Origin: an uncultured bacterium
GTDB lineage: Bacteria; Babelota; Babeliae; Babelales; Babelaceae
Direction: 5' to 3'
NCBI GenBank assembly: GCA_963848965.1
Contig: CAWKFG010000004.1
Location: forward strand, 96,001 to 160,000
DNA: 64,000 nt
Below the pieces are notes generated by a model that was given only the letters and a program-made list of their open reading frames with translations, was not told the origin of the DNA and did not search any database. This document shows, one piece after another, positions 37,899-47,825 of this stretch. The first letter of the stretch is position 1; each line of letters opens with the position of its first letter. Made by a program: the position numbers and the translations under genes.

Positions 37899-40829
37899 TT
37901 AACCTACTAGAGTATTCCAAGGAATAATTGGCTCAACTGTTTGATAATCATCAAACAATGGCGATTTACTTTCAATACCAAAGTAGAGTGGTAAAGTAAT
38001 GTTTTCAAGAAGTCGGAGAGCTGCACTAAAGTCTTCTCTATGACCTTTGCGAACAACGATTTCACTACGAATATCCTTAAAGATCATCTCTAATGTAGCA
38101 ATTGCACGGATCCACAAACGAACTAAAGGAATTTGTTCTGGCTTTAGTTCAGTAAGCTTATTTTGTGCTTGTGTAGCCATTTCTTGCTTGATCTTTGGCA
38201 TAAGATTATTTACAGTAATCTGCCTATAAAGCTCTGTTGTCGACATAGCCCACAGTGGTTTGCCACCTTGGATACAGCGTTGTTTGTACTGAGCTACAAG
38301 CATTGTTACAATATTCTTTGGGCTTTTAAAGGGTGCAAACCCATAGGCATAAATACCAAAGAATGTTCCTGGATTTTCCCAATCAAGGCAATGTGGATAC
38401 TTAGCAAAGAGGCCCCACCTACGTTGCTTCATAGGTAGATTAACAATATTGAACTTCATTGGCGGCTTTATATCACCTAAAGAAGCTGGATCTATAAGCG
38501 GTAATCGTCTTTGTAATGCAAACATATACCCCTGTAGATCAATCTTGAGTACTAAAGGAGGAACAAACTGTTCAAGCTGCTCCATCTTATAGCCATCATC
38601 TGTAACAGTAAGTGATAAAAGCTGCGAAAGAAGAGCATACCACTGAGCACGTACTCCTTGCGTTATATCCTTGAGCATATTCGGCTCACGACAATCTCTA
38701 TGTACAAGGTACTTTATTTCAGCATCTACACCAGTTTCCAATGTTATCTGAGGCTGTACTTTACCTCCAGGACCAACAAGCGGTTTAAATGCTCCTTCCA
38801 TACCTTCCCACAGCGTAGTAAAATATGGAATTGTAATAAGCTTAGTAAAGAGAGATGAAAGGACTGTACTAAACTGTGCTACAGAATCTGCAGAGAAGCG
38901 CACAATAGCCTCATATATTCTATCTAAGCCATAATTTTCATAGTAAATTGTTTTTTCTGGCTCTAACCGCTCTCTACTTTCAGCAGAAAGCAAAGAAGAA
39001 TGCTGTTGTAATGTTTTAAGCGTTCTTTCTCGCACTTTTTCTTCAAGATCTTTACCTCGCAATGAGGTAAGTGCTCCAGCACCCTTATCTTCTAAAAGCT
39101 CATATAAGCTCCATCGTAATGCTGTTTCTAAAGTAAGCATAGCAATAGTTGATTCTAGGCGAGTATTAAGCAAATGACAGATTTCCTGCTCTCTATGAAT
39201 ACGATGCTGATAAAAGCTATCCTTTATTGCATAGGTATCACCAAAAAGCTTTTTAAGATATTGGAGCACAAAGTTAACACGAATATTTTCACGAGAAGAA
39301 CGTGGATACATACTTAAAAAGTCTATAAACACCACACGTTTAACATCAGCGTCATGCAACTTCTTTTTAAGGTCATCTAAAAATGCATCATAGTGCATAG
39401 GAAGTGAAAGGCCATTACTAAAGAGCATCTGCTCTGGCTCTACCACTTTTAACCCCATTGAATGAGCACCAGCCAACGTTACCAATATTCGAAGCTGCTC
39501 TGGTCGATTTTGATTAAATAAGTAATATCGCTCTTTATATTGAAATGGGATCCAAACAACCTGCTTTACGTCCATCGTATTGCAATTAAGAACGTATTGT
39601 CGTAAAGGATCTGCATCTTCATAAAGTGCTTTATTTTCTTGCGTTACCTCAGCACTTAGCTTATTAAATTGAGTTATAAGCTCATCTTTATTAAGTGCCA
39701 CATAGCGATTAAGCTGATTTTTTATTATAGGAGTAATGTCTTTAGCTGTCTGAATATCAACAAATACAAAGCCATCAGGTTTAATAGTAAAGTGGCTTAT
39801 TTGTGCAGGCAGATCAACAAGAAACACTTTATCTTTCAGTTGATATACTTCTGCTTGCTGCGATGATGAATTATCACAACGATCATATTTTTCAAAGTGA
39901 TCTTTGTATTTACCCCAATTTTTTATATTATTAAGCAGTGTACTTTTACCAACGCCATCTACAAAGCTACAGAAAATATAAGCAGTATTTTGGTCTTCAA
40001 GAGGATGTACTTCTTGCTGTAATACCTTAATAAACTCTTGAGCATTGGCTGTTGCTTTTGCCTTTTGGCAACCCAAAACTTCAATAGGATAAGTAATATC
40101 TGGTCCTACAAAAATTTTCATTAAAGGAGTTACACCCTCTTTTAATGCTCGAGCATAATCAATAGAAAAGAGCATATCTTGAGTACCTACTATCTCCTGT
40201 GATCCTGTAGTTGAAGCACGCTTATACATAGTAGACCAAAATTCAATAAGTTCTCCAAGAACGCCCTTAAAATTTTTCTTGTGTAATGCACGCTCTATAA
40301 ACTCTCGTGATTCAAGCAAGGTATCAAAATCTTTACCAAACGCATGTTTTTGAAATAATGTTGCTTTATCGTCAAAAAGAGCAATAGGCCGTGCGAGAAT
40401 ATGACTTACATACGAACGTTTAGTATCTTTGTACCAATAGCGTTCAAGCCACTCTGCATCTTTGAGTAAGAATCCTGTCATATAACCAAAGATATTACGA
40501 GTAGGCTGAGAAAGACCTGCAGTCGTTTTTACAATAACTTCATCTTCAAGAGCTTCTCTTGTCCAGCTTGTTGTATATGGTGTAATCGCATCTTCTTGGT
40601 ATCCAATAATGATCATACGGCCGTCAACCGAAAACTGTGCATCTCGCAGCGACTTTTCTAATTCAAGAAAACTGTCACGAGTTTTTTTCAAGATAAAAGG
40701 ATGATATTCATGTGTATATCTACCAGAAAGGTCATAACTTGAAATAAAGCTTTGATGAAACGTATCCGTAGAAGCTCCCACAAGAGATATCACATATAAA
40801 ACTGTTAGTATACATAATTTTTTATACAT
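37899..40829 (-). CDS. Large secreted hypothetical protein with a P-loop-like motif
   Basis: Signal MYKKLC...; FVDGVGKSTLLN and VDLPAQ. Confidence 0.7.
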   Translation of the reverse strand: MYKKLCILTVLYVISLVGASTDTFHQSFISSYDLSGRYTHEYHPFILKKTRDSFLELEKSLRDAQFSVDGRMIIIGYQEDAITPYTTSWTREALEDEVIVKTTAGLSQPTRNIFGYMTGFLLKDAEWLERYWYKDTKRSYVSHILARPIALFDDKATLFQKHAFGKDFDTLLESREFIERALHKKNFKGVLGELIEFWSTMYKRASTTGSQEIVGTQDMLFSIDYARALKEGVTPLMKIFVGPDITYPIEVLGCQKAKATANAQEFIKVLQQEVHPLEDQNTAYIFCSFVDGVGKSTLLNNIKNWGKYKDHFEKYDRCDNSSSQQAEVYQLKDKVFLVDLPAQISHFTIKPDGFVFVDIQTAKDITPIIKNQLNRYVALNKDELITQFNKLSAEVTQENKALYEDADPLRQYVLNCNTMDVKQVVWIPFQYKERYYLFNQNRPEQLRILVTLAGAHSMGLKVVEPEQMLFSNGLSLPMHYDAFLDDLKKKLHDADVKRVVFIDFLSMYPRSSRENIRVNFVLQYLKKLFGDTYAIKDSFYQHRIHREQEICHLLNTRLESTIAMLTLETALRWSLYELLEDKGAGALTSLRGKDLEEKVRERTLKTLQQHSSLLSAESRERLEPEKTIYYENYGLDRIYEAIVRFSADSVAQFSTVLSSLFTKLITIPYFTTLWEGMEGAFKPLVGPGGKVQPQITLETGVDAEIKYLVHRDCREPNMLKDITQGVRAQWYALLSQLLSLTVTDDGYKMEQLEQFVPPLVLKIDLQGYMFALQRRLPLIDPASLGDIKPPMKFNIVNLPMKQRRWGLFAKYPHCLDWENPGTFFGIYAYGFAPFKSPKNIVTMLVAQYKQRCIQGGKPLWAMSTTELYRQITVNNLMPKIKQEMATQAQNKLTELKPEQIPLVRLWIRAIATLEMIFKDIRSEIVVRKGHREDFSAALRLLENITLPLYFGIESKSPLFDDYQTVEPIIPWNTLVG

Positions 40830-41685
40830 AGAGCTCTCCCAGCACATACATAAGCCGTTCTTGCTCTAAAAGGTCGAGTACTTCTTGGTATTTTTTTACC
40901 GTAAGCTGATATGAAGCAAGGAGCCTCTCCGTTTTAATCTTAGTTATATGGTAATTAATTTTTTCTAAGCACTTTTTTGCAACCTGTAAGCTTTGATTAT
41001 AACCAGCACTATCATTAATCATTTGATAGGCACTATCTACAGCTTTACAGAAACCATAACTTAAACAATCGACAAAGAAAGCGTAGAATTGCAAAAACAT
41101 GGAATCGGAATTCTCTTTTAGAGCACTTCCCATAAGGTCCCAATACTGCATGATAGGCAATACTCGTTCTGGAACTTTTGCAGCTTCCTCTTTATAGAGG
41201 AGCTCATTAGTACTTACATCAATATACGTCTGATTGAGCCAGCTATCAAAATATTGACATTGCCAAAGAAACTTAATCCAATAGTCTTCCTCGTAAAAAT
41301 CCTCTTCTTTATCACAGAAGTAGAACCAGCGCCGTTCTGGCTTGGTAAAGATATCCATAACCTCTTTCCAGGCTATAGTAAACTCGTCAACTGGAAGCTC
41401 CATAAACTCCTGTGTTATCCAAGGAGCATTAAGCTTATAGTTCCCTAGCATGCGTAAAAAAGAGTCTATACGACTTACTGGTTGCTTTTTTTGAGGTACT
41501 ACAGAAGAGCTACCCTCTGTTGCTTGAGAAGTCTTTTCGTATTTTTCCAGTTCTTCAAAGAGTGAATCAAAAGACCATGAGCTATCTTCTACAGTATCTT
41601 TTGGGCTTTCTGGTATTTCACTGCCAGCATAGGCAAGAAAGCCTATGCTGGCTATAAAACTTATGAATAGTTTTATCCTAAACAT
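40822..41685 (-). CDS. Secreted hypothetical protein
   Basis: 287-aa ORF with signal peptide; overlaps both neighbours. Confidence 0.7.
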   Translation of the reverse strand: MFRIKLFISFIASIGFLAYAGSEIPESPKDTVEDSSWSFDSLFEELEKYEKTSQATEGSSSVVPQKKQPVSRIDSFLRMLGNYKLNAPWITQEFMELPVDEFTIAWKEVMDIFTKPERRWFYFCDKEEDFYEEDYWIKFLWQCQYFDSWLNQTYIDVSTNELLYKEEAAKVPERVLPIMQYWDLMGSALKENSDSMFLQFYAFFVDCLSYGFCKAVDSAYQMINDSAGYNQSLQVAKKCLEKINYHITKIKTERLLASYQLTVKKYQEVLDLLEQERLMYVLGELYV

Positions 41686-42827
41686 TACATTCCTAAGATA
41701 ACAGCAAGCGGCGAATTACGCAGCACTCCTATGAGCTCTTTGCCTATCATCTTCTTGATCTTTTCTTTGTCTTCGCTGATATTTTCTGGTTTTACCAATA
41801 AGCGAAGTCTCTTGAATGTACGAGTTGGTTCAACATCTTCATAACCAGCTGCTCTTTGTACAAACTCAAATTCTTCAAGAGCACTAATAAGACCAAAAAG
41901 AGTACCCTTAATAAGTATACTAAGAGCAAGAGCTTTAGTACTGTATTCTGCTTGATTGTGTTCTGTTTCTACAAATTCGTTAACACGCTTAGAAAGATAT
42001 CCAATAGAGTTACGGAGTTTATTTTGGATACTTTCTGAAGTTTGGATCTCTAAAGCACCTGTCAGTGGTATCTGTGTTGTAACATAGTGCATGAACCCAA
42101 GAGTTTGTTCTATATCTCTCACTAAAGCATTTACCTTTAATGCAATTTCTTCTTTAGAAGCAGCCATATTAACACCCTCTTTTTTATCTTGAGCTATCCA
42201 CTCAATAAGAAGGCCAAATGTTCGATAAAGATTAATCTTTTTACCTACAAACCAGGTAATCGTATGAGGAAGGAAAAGGTAGTCACTTACCTTCATACCA
42301 GCAGGAGTAAGATATCTAAAGAAAGGCATTCCTGAATAGCTTAAAAGAACATTTGCCATAAAGCCAGGTAAGATGTGTCCCATAGCACCTTTAGTAGAGC
42401 CTAAAAGGCTTACTACTCCGCTTGGAATACCACATACCTTATTCCATGCACTTTTAGGCCAGCGCTGGTACCACGGATCTTGCATCTCTGGCGCTTCAAC
42501 AGGCTTTGCAGCTTCTTTCTGACCTGCTTTAAGTTCATCAAATTGCCGTTTAAGCTCATTAAGTTCTGCTGCAAGCTTCTCCTGCGAAGGAGGCAGCTTT
42601 TTTGGATCATCTTGGTAATACCATTTATACCCTAAATATCCAGCAGTTCCTAAAACTGCACCAAGAGTAAGCCACCGTACTTTAGTGCGTAGCTTATCTT
42701 GAACTTCAAGCTCACTTATAGTAGCATTGATCATTTCATCAGAGATAGGTGCTACTTTATCAAGAGCGCTTGCATAACGAGCGCTTATTCCTAGTAATAA
42801 AACTAATGATATACTATGCCTTTTCAT
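41685..42827 (-). CDS. Hypothetical membrane/secreted protein
   Basis: 380-aa ORF with signal peptide, TM segment and coiled coil; GGAGG RBS. Confidence 0.7.
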   Translation of the reverse strand: MKRHSISLVLLLGISARYASALDKVAPISDEMINATISELEVQDKLRTKVRWLTLGAVLGTAGYLGYKWYYQDDPKKLPPSQEKLAAELNELKRQFDELKAGQKEAAKPVEAPEMQDPWYQRWPKSAWNKVCGIPSGVVSLLGSTKGAMGHILPGFMANVLLSYSGMPFFRYLTPAGMKVSDYLFLPHTITWFVGKKINLYRTFGLLIEWIAQDKKEGVNMAASKEEIALKVNALVRDIEQTLGFMHYVTTQIPLTGALEIQTSESIQNKLRNSIGYLSKRVNEFVETEHNQAEYSTKALALSILIKGTLFGLISALEEFEFVQRAAGYEDVEPTRTFKRLRLLVKPENISEDKEKIKKMIGKELIGVLRNSPLAVILGM

Positions 42828-42846
42828 AAAACCTCCACTTCACATA

Positions 42847-43809
42847 TCAAAGTTGTAATGATGGACCAGTGCCAAGAAGATCTGCTAATTGACTCATTCC
42901 TCCTGCTGATGATCCACTCTGCATTGTCGGCTTAGTAAACGTTAGCTTATTCATTCTTGAAACGTTTTCACCTTCAAGTAACAATGCTACTTGTTCAAAA
43001 GAATTACATGTCCAACCAAGCCAACGATTAATATATTCACTTCTTTGTTCAACGTCTTCGAAGGAATTCACACTTCTAATCAGCTCAATAAGCTTTTCCA
43101 GATAACATACGGTACGTTCAATATAGAAACATACTTCTATATTATCATGTGGTGCAAAAGCATGTAACATTCTACCTAGTTGAAATCTTAAACTAAAGTA
43201 AGATGCATCTTCATAAGATTTATCATAAGATCCAGTAGAACGCTTTAAAAACTCAATAGCATGGTAGAGTTCTTTAATTAGCTCGAGTTGAACTACTTGC
43301 CAATTGTTCTCAGTAAGTTCCGTAACTTGTAAACCTGTTTGACCCATATCTACAAGCTCTGCTCTTCTTTTCTTATCTCTAGTACCAGCAGAAACTTTAG
43401 TAAATGGCAAACAAAAAGTACATATACGATTATTGATTTTTGCTAAACTATTCCAACCCAAGCCTGCAGAACCAAATGCCATTCTATAAAGATAAGCACC
43501 TAGAAGTGTACTAAGGTGCTTTATATTTGCAGGAATCAGTCCTAAAAAAACAGAAGTTGTCTGATTTGTATTATTAATTACCGACTGCAATGAACCCTCA
43601 ATAATCGATTCTTGAAGCCGCTTTAGCAAAGGACCATCTTTAGGAGCAGAAGTAGGAATCGTAAAAACTTGCTGATATGATTGGCCTGCTTGATTACCGC
43701 CTGCAGTCCCGCCTGCTATTACAGCTTTTGTTATGGCTAGAATACACAACACAGCTAGTAAGCTAAACTTAAAAGGTGCCCTTTTTTCTACAAAAATATT
43801 AACCTTCAT
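42847..43809 (-). CDS. Hypothetical secreted protein
   Basis: 320-aa ORF, first gene of a four-gene operon. Confidence 0.7.
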   Translation of the reverse strand: MKVNIFVEKRAPFKFSLLAVLCILAITKAVIAGGTAGGNQAGQSYQQVFTIPTSAPKDGPLLKRLQESIIEGSLQSVINNTNQTTSVFLGLIPANIKHLSTLLGAYLYRMAFGSAGLGWNSLAKINNRICTFCLPFTKVSAGTRDKKRRAELVDMGQTGLQVTELTENNWQVVQLELIKELYHAIEFLKRSTGSYDKSYEDASYFSLRFQLGRMLHAFAPHDNIEVCFYIERTVCYLEKLIELIRSVNSFEDVEQRSEYINRWLGWTCNSFEQVALLLEGENVSRMNKLTFTKPTMQSGSSAGGMSQLADLLGTGPSLQL

Positions 43810-43997
43810 AGACCTTCCCTAACTATTAACAATGATAAATGCTTAAAATTTTATTCAACTAATCTTTAATTAAGCTTAAATCATTTTTAGAGTGATTACA
43901 AATGGTGTTCAAAATCATATGATACATGAGCCTTTTTCCTAAAATAGAGACAATCTTAAAGGTAACTCTGCACAGACATGACCTTTAAAACGTTATG

Positions 43998-46900
43998 TTA
44001 CATAAGAAGACACCAACTCTTTGAATTTTTTTCAACTTGGGTTTTAGAATTAATCTCAGCTTGCATTGAAGCAATAAGCTCTGGCGTTAGTTTAAGAAAA
44101 TTAATTTTAAGAAACCCTAAAGCATTATAGAAATCTTCTTCCCTCAAGATTTTATCTCTTGAATTAGCAAAGATTAATGCATGATTACAAACTTCTATAA
44201 TATCGTCAAAGGATAGAACATAGACATATTTTTCTACTAATGCCTCTCCTTCATCGTATAGAGAATATGTTCTAGCATCTCGTAAGTGCTGAACCTTTAT
44301 CAGTATATTATCTGCACTACACCTTTCTCTATAATCAGGAAGATTTCGTAAACGTGCATTTTCTTCCATCGTTTCTGCTCTTATCAAGGACATAGCCTCC
44401 TGACTCAAAATCCTTTTTTTACCTAGAATCTCTGCACTAAGCTTATTAAAAAAATCATTTGAAACAGCTACTGCTCTTCCACGTGTATAAGCAAGCAATA
44501 GATTTCGAACAGCTACAGGTTTGCGCTGCAACTCTATTTTTTTACATTCGGGGTTATCTTTAATATATGCTAACGCTCTTGTCCCAATCATATCCTCTTT
44601 GCTTATACTACTTCTCCCACTTGCTACAGCGTATTTAAAGGCATCTTTAACCACTGTAGAAATAAAAGATTTAGTACAGTTATCAAAAAAGTAAGTTGCC
44701 AGCTCTTTAATAGCTTCCTCGTTAAGAGAATGCGTCTTTTTGTTCAAACAATGCTGTACAATTGCCCATCCATAGGGTTTATCAATAGTCAAATTAGTAA
44801 TTTTCATACATAAAGCAATGTCCAAATCCCCATAAAGTAGGCCTCTGTTTTGTTTTTGGGCAATTCTGCAGCCTCTAGCCACAATTTTTTCTAGTATTGA
44901 AGCATTAAGCCCTTCAGTCCTATTAGATAATACAGTTAATATTGCATCATTTACCTCCCAACCCTTTTTTACCAAATAATGTCCAAACAAAATTTTACGC
45001 AGGGCTACATCTGGTAGTGTTTTAGGATTCATCGAATGTATAGCGATAAGAAAATGATCTAATGCGATTTGTCTTTGTTCATTTCCACTTTTAGCTAAAT
45101 CTAATGCTTTTTTAACCATCTCTTCTATTTGCCTTCCTGTAAGACCTGCAGTTTCAGCAGCAAGACGTCTATAGGTCGCATCATCAATATTAGTTTTACC
45201 TGCAGCGAAATGGCGCAACATTATCTCTCGTTGTGGTTGCTGCGGTACACGCTCATCATGGAAGTACAAAGCACTATACATATCTTGTTCCGTTACGACA
45301 AGTTTTTCTTGATCTCGGGCATCTGCTAAAGCTATAGCTTTTAATACAACCTTTTCTAGTTTCCGCCCAGAAAGCCCTTCTGTTGCATCAGCAAGTCTAT
45401 TTAAAAGAGCTTCTTCTAGCACAATACCATTTTTACGAGCATGAAGAGCAAAAATTTGTTGACGTTCCTCTCTTGTAGGCAGATCTATTTTAATAGTGTA
45501 GTCATCAAGCCTATCAAGAATAGTAGGATCCATGTTCTCTAAATGATTAGTAGCGCCTATAAAGAATATGTTAGGATTCTTTTTATCAAGCTCGGCTTGT
45601 AGGGCTATACGAGCTTCTTCATATGAACGAGCGTTAGCATTACCTGCATCAGCCTTTCCTGTAATTAAATCTATTTCGTCTATAAAAACGATAACTGACT
45701 TTTGTGCTCTTGCTGCTTGAGCAAATACGTCTTTAATAGTTTGAGCACCAGAACCTTGGTATTTTGTTACTATCTCAGAAGCAAAGATCATAAACAACTC
45801 ACATTTAGTAGAGCCTGCTATAGCTTTACCAAGCATACTTTTACCTGTTCCTTGAGGGCCATATAAAAGCATACCCAAGCGCCTGTTATGTGCTCGCGGA
45901 TTATTAAGTGCTTGAACGGTTCTTACTATTTCCTGAGGTACACCTATAAGCTCCTCAAGAGTAATAGTTGGTATACCTACGCTATAGTTAATTGACCCAT
46001 TATCAGAGCCCTGAGACATAAATGCCTTAAAGATATCTTTAAGTTTTGGCATAGATTCTTGAGAATGCTTAGGTTCTTCTTGCTTTGTTTTTTCTTGCGA
46101 TTGTTGATCTTTAGTTTCTGATTTTGTAGATGCATTCTGTGAAGATGGTTCTGCTTTTTTAGGTCCTGCAGATCGGTTCTGTGGCCGAGGCTGCTCTATT
46201 GGATCTTCTCCATTGAGTACTCGTATAACATTTCGAGCATGAAGATCATTGATACGAGGAGTATGAGAAGAATCAGCAAAAACATATTGTATTTTATTAC
46301 GTTGCTTTTTAATAACACAGGTAAACCAATGAGGAAAACCTGATTGATGAATAATTAAAACAGCAGTAAATGAACTGAATGGACTTTTCATATCTTGAGC
46401 AAGCGATTGCAGTTCACTATTCATTTCAAACTGATTTTGTAATGGATTTTCAAAAGGGTCTTCAATATAGAATACTTCTTTAAATGGTATATAAGTGTTA
46501 TCAAAAAGTTCTTGTATTAATTCACTGTTACGCTCTTTTTCAAGTACATAAAGTGCTTTAATTTCTTCAGTTTCAAGCCATTGACCGAATCCTCCAATTC
46601 CCCCGCCTCTTACTTTACCCTTTCCTCCACTATAAGTATGACGATATATAATTTCCTGACGTGCAGAGAGAATAATGTTGTCATCTTGAATTGAGAAAGA
46701 AAGTTGCGCGAAATGAGGCAGATAGCTCATAATTCTAGCAGTATTTTGCAATGCTTGATATGCAGCCTTATTATCATCTTCTTTTATAGTTTTAATAAAC
46801 CATTCTTGTGCTATACGAGCAACCGCTTCTAAAGAGATATCATAACGCAGCAAATCTCCTTGCCTTACACCTTGAGTAGCGGCTATACGCTGACTTACTG

Positions 46901-47510
46901 ATGAGAGTATTCCTTGCAATGCACGTCTTTCTTCTTCATTCTCTTGAGAGCCTGCAGCAAAAGGCTCAAAAGATACTTTCGTAGGTGCTAAGTTTAAATC
47001 ATATGTTCCTTGCTCTGCTACTCGAGCTCCCTTAATACTTTTTAATAAAACATCTCTTATATACCATGAAGCCAATTGTCTCGCACGAGCTTCAATGACA
47101 TGTGCTCGCCAAACGCTTATTTTATCACCAAACAATTCACTGACAGGAGTCTTTGATGTTAACAGTGCCTGAACTTCGTGTTTATTTTCTTCTTCTGCAG
47201 ATAAAAGACGAGCAATTATAAGACCATTTTTAAGTGCATGATAGCCACAACTAGCACTACCACCAAGCATTCCATCTTGATTGATAACCTCCAATTGCAT
47301 GTATTCATGCACTGGTTGTTGTGCTCCAAAATCTTCAAACAGTTCTGGCTTAAAGGTGCCTGATTGGCGCTTAGCATCTTGTGGCACATTGCTTTGTATA
47401 TCTACACGTTCTTGTTTTTGCTTTCTTCGAGAGCCCTTGCCCTTTTCCATACTAAAAAGCGTAAAAGACGTAAAAGATAGTAAAAAGAGCATAAAAAGAT
47501 TTCTATACAT
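43998..47510 (-). CDS. Secreted AAA+ ATPase with N-terminal Cys-His-Asp protease-like domain, repeated AAA lids and C-terminal CaaX
   Basis: GPQGTGKS, VFIDEID and GATNH; SCGYHALKN...HWFTC...FADSS; ends in CLLM. Confidence 0.85.
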   Translation of the reverse strand: MYRNLFMLFLLSFTSFTLFSMEKGKGSRRKQKQERVDIQSNVPQDAKRQSGTFKPELFEDFGAQQPVHEYMQLEVINQDGMLGGSASCGYHALKNGLIIARLLSAEEENKHEVQALLTSKTPVSELFGDKISVWRAHVIEARARQLASWYIRDVLLKSIKGARVAEQGTYDLNLAPTKVSFEPFAAGSQENEEERRALQGILSSVSQRIAATQGVRQGDLLRYDISLEAVARIAQEWFIKTIKEDDNKAAYQALQNTARIMSYLPHFAQLSFSIQDDNIILSARQEIIYRHTYSGGKGKVRGGGIGGFGQWLETEEIKALYVLEKERNSELIQELFDNTYIPFKEVFYIEDPFENPLQNQFEMNSELQSLAQDMKSPFSSFTAVLIIHQSGFPHWFTCVIKKQRNKIQYVFADSSHTPRINDLHARNVIRVLNGEDPIEQPRPQNRSAGPKKAEPSSQNASTKSETKDQQSQEKTKQEEPKHSQESMPKLKDIFKAFMSQGSDNGSINYSVGIPTITLEELIGVPQEIVRTVQALNNPRAHNRRLGMLLYGPQGTGKSMLGKAIAGSTKCELFMIFASEIVTKYQGSGAQTIKDVFAQAARAQKSVIVFIDEIDLITGKADAGNANARSYEEARIALQAELDKKNPNIFFIGATNHLENMDPTILDRLDDYTIKIDLPTREERQQIFALHARKNGIVLEEALLNRLADATEGLSGRKLEKVVLKAIALADARDQEKLVVTEQDMYSALYFHDERVPQQPQREIMLRHFAAGKTNIDDATYRRLAAETAGLTGRQIEEMVKKALDLAKSGNEQRQIALDHFLIAIHSMNPKTLPDVALRKILFGHYLVKKGWEVNDAILTVLSNRTEGLNASILEKIVARGCRIAQKQNRGLLYGDLDIALCMKITNLTIDKPYGWAIVQHCLNKKTHSLNEEAIKELATYFFDNCTKSFISTVVKDAFKYAVASGRSSISKEDMIGTRALAYIKDNPECKKIELQRKPVAVRNLLLAYTRGRAVAVSNDFFNKLSAEILGKKRILSQEAMSLIRAETMEENARLRNLPDYRERCSADNILIKVQHLRDARTYSLYDEGEALVEKYVYVLSFDDIIEVCNHALIFANSRDKILREEDFYNALGFLKINFLKLTPELIASMQAEINSKTQVEKNSKSWCLLM

Positions 47511-47733
47511 AACAATTCCCTTCAATTGTGACTAGCATAGTTTTTAATATTTTAACTTTACACTGCTTAATAATTACAGCTAAGTATAATTTAGTTCTTG
47601 CCCATGTCAACCTCTTTTTTCAATATGGGCCAATGTCCGTTACATCCAGAAACAATTAGCCACGCAGACACCCTCTTTTATTTTCCAATAAAAAACTTAA
47701 TTTGGGTGGTAGAATTTTTTTATAAAATGGTTA

Positions 47734-47762
47734 TTGACATATGTGAAATTTATTTCTATTCT
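47734..47762 (+). promoter_or_regulatory. sigma70-type promoter
   Basis: TTGACA-17 nt-TATTCT upstream of 47826. Confidence 0.5.
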
Positions 47763-47825
47763 AGGCGATGGCGTTTGCTTTGAGCATTCGTTGTACAAGC
47801 AGTATATAATCGAAGGGGGATTATT

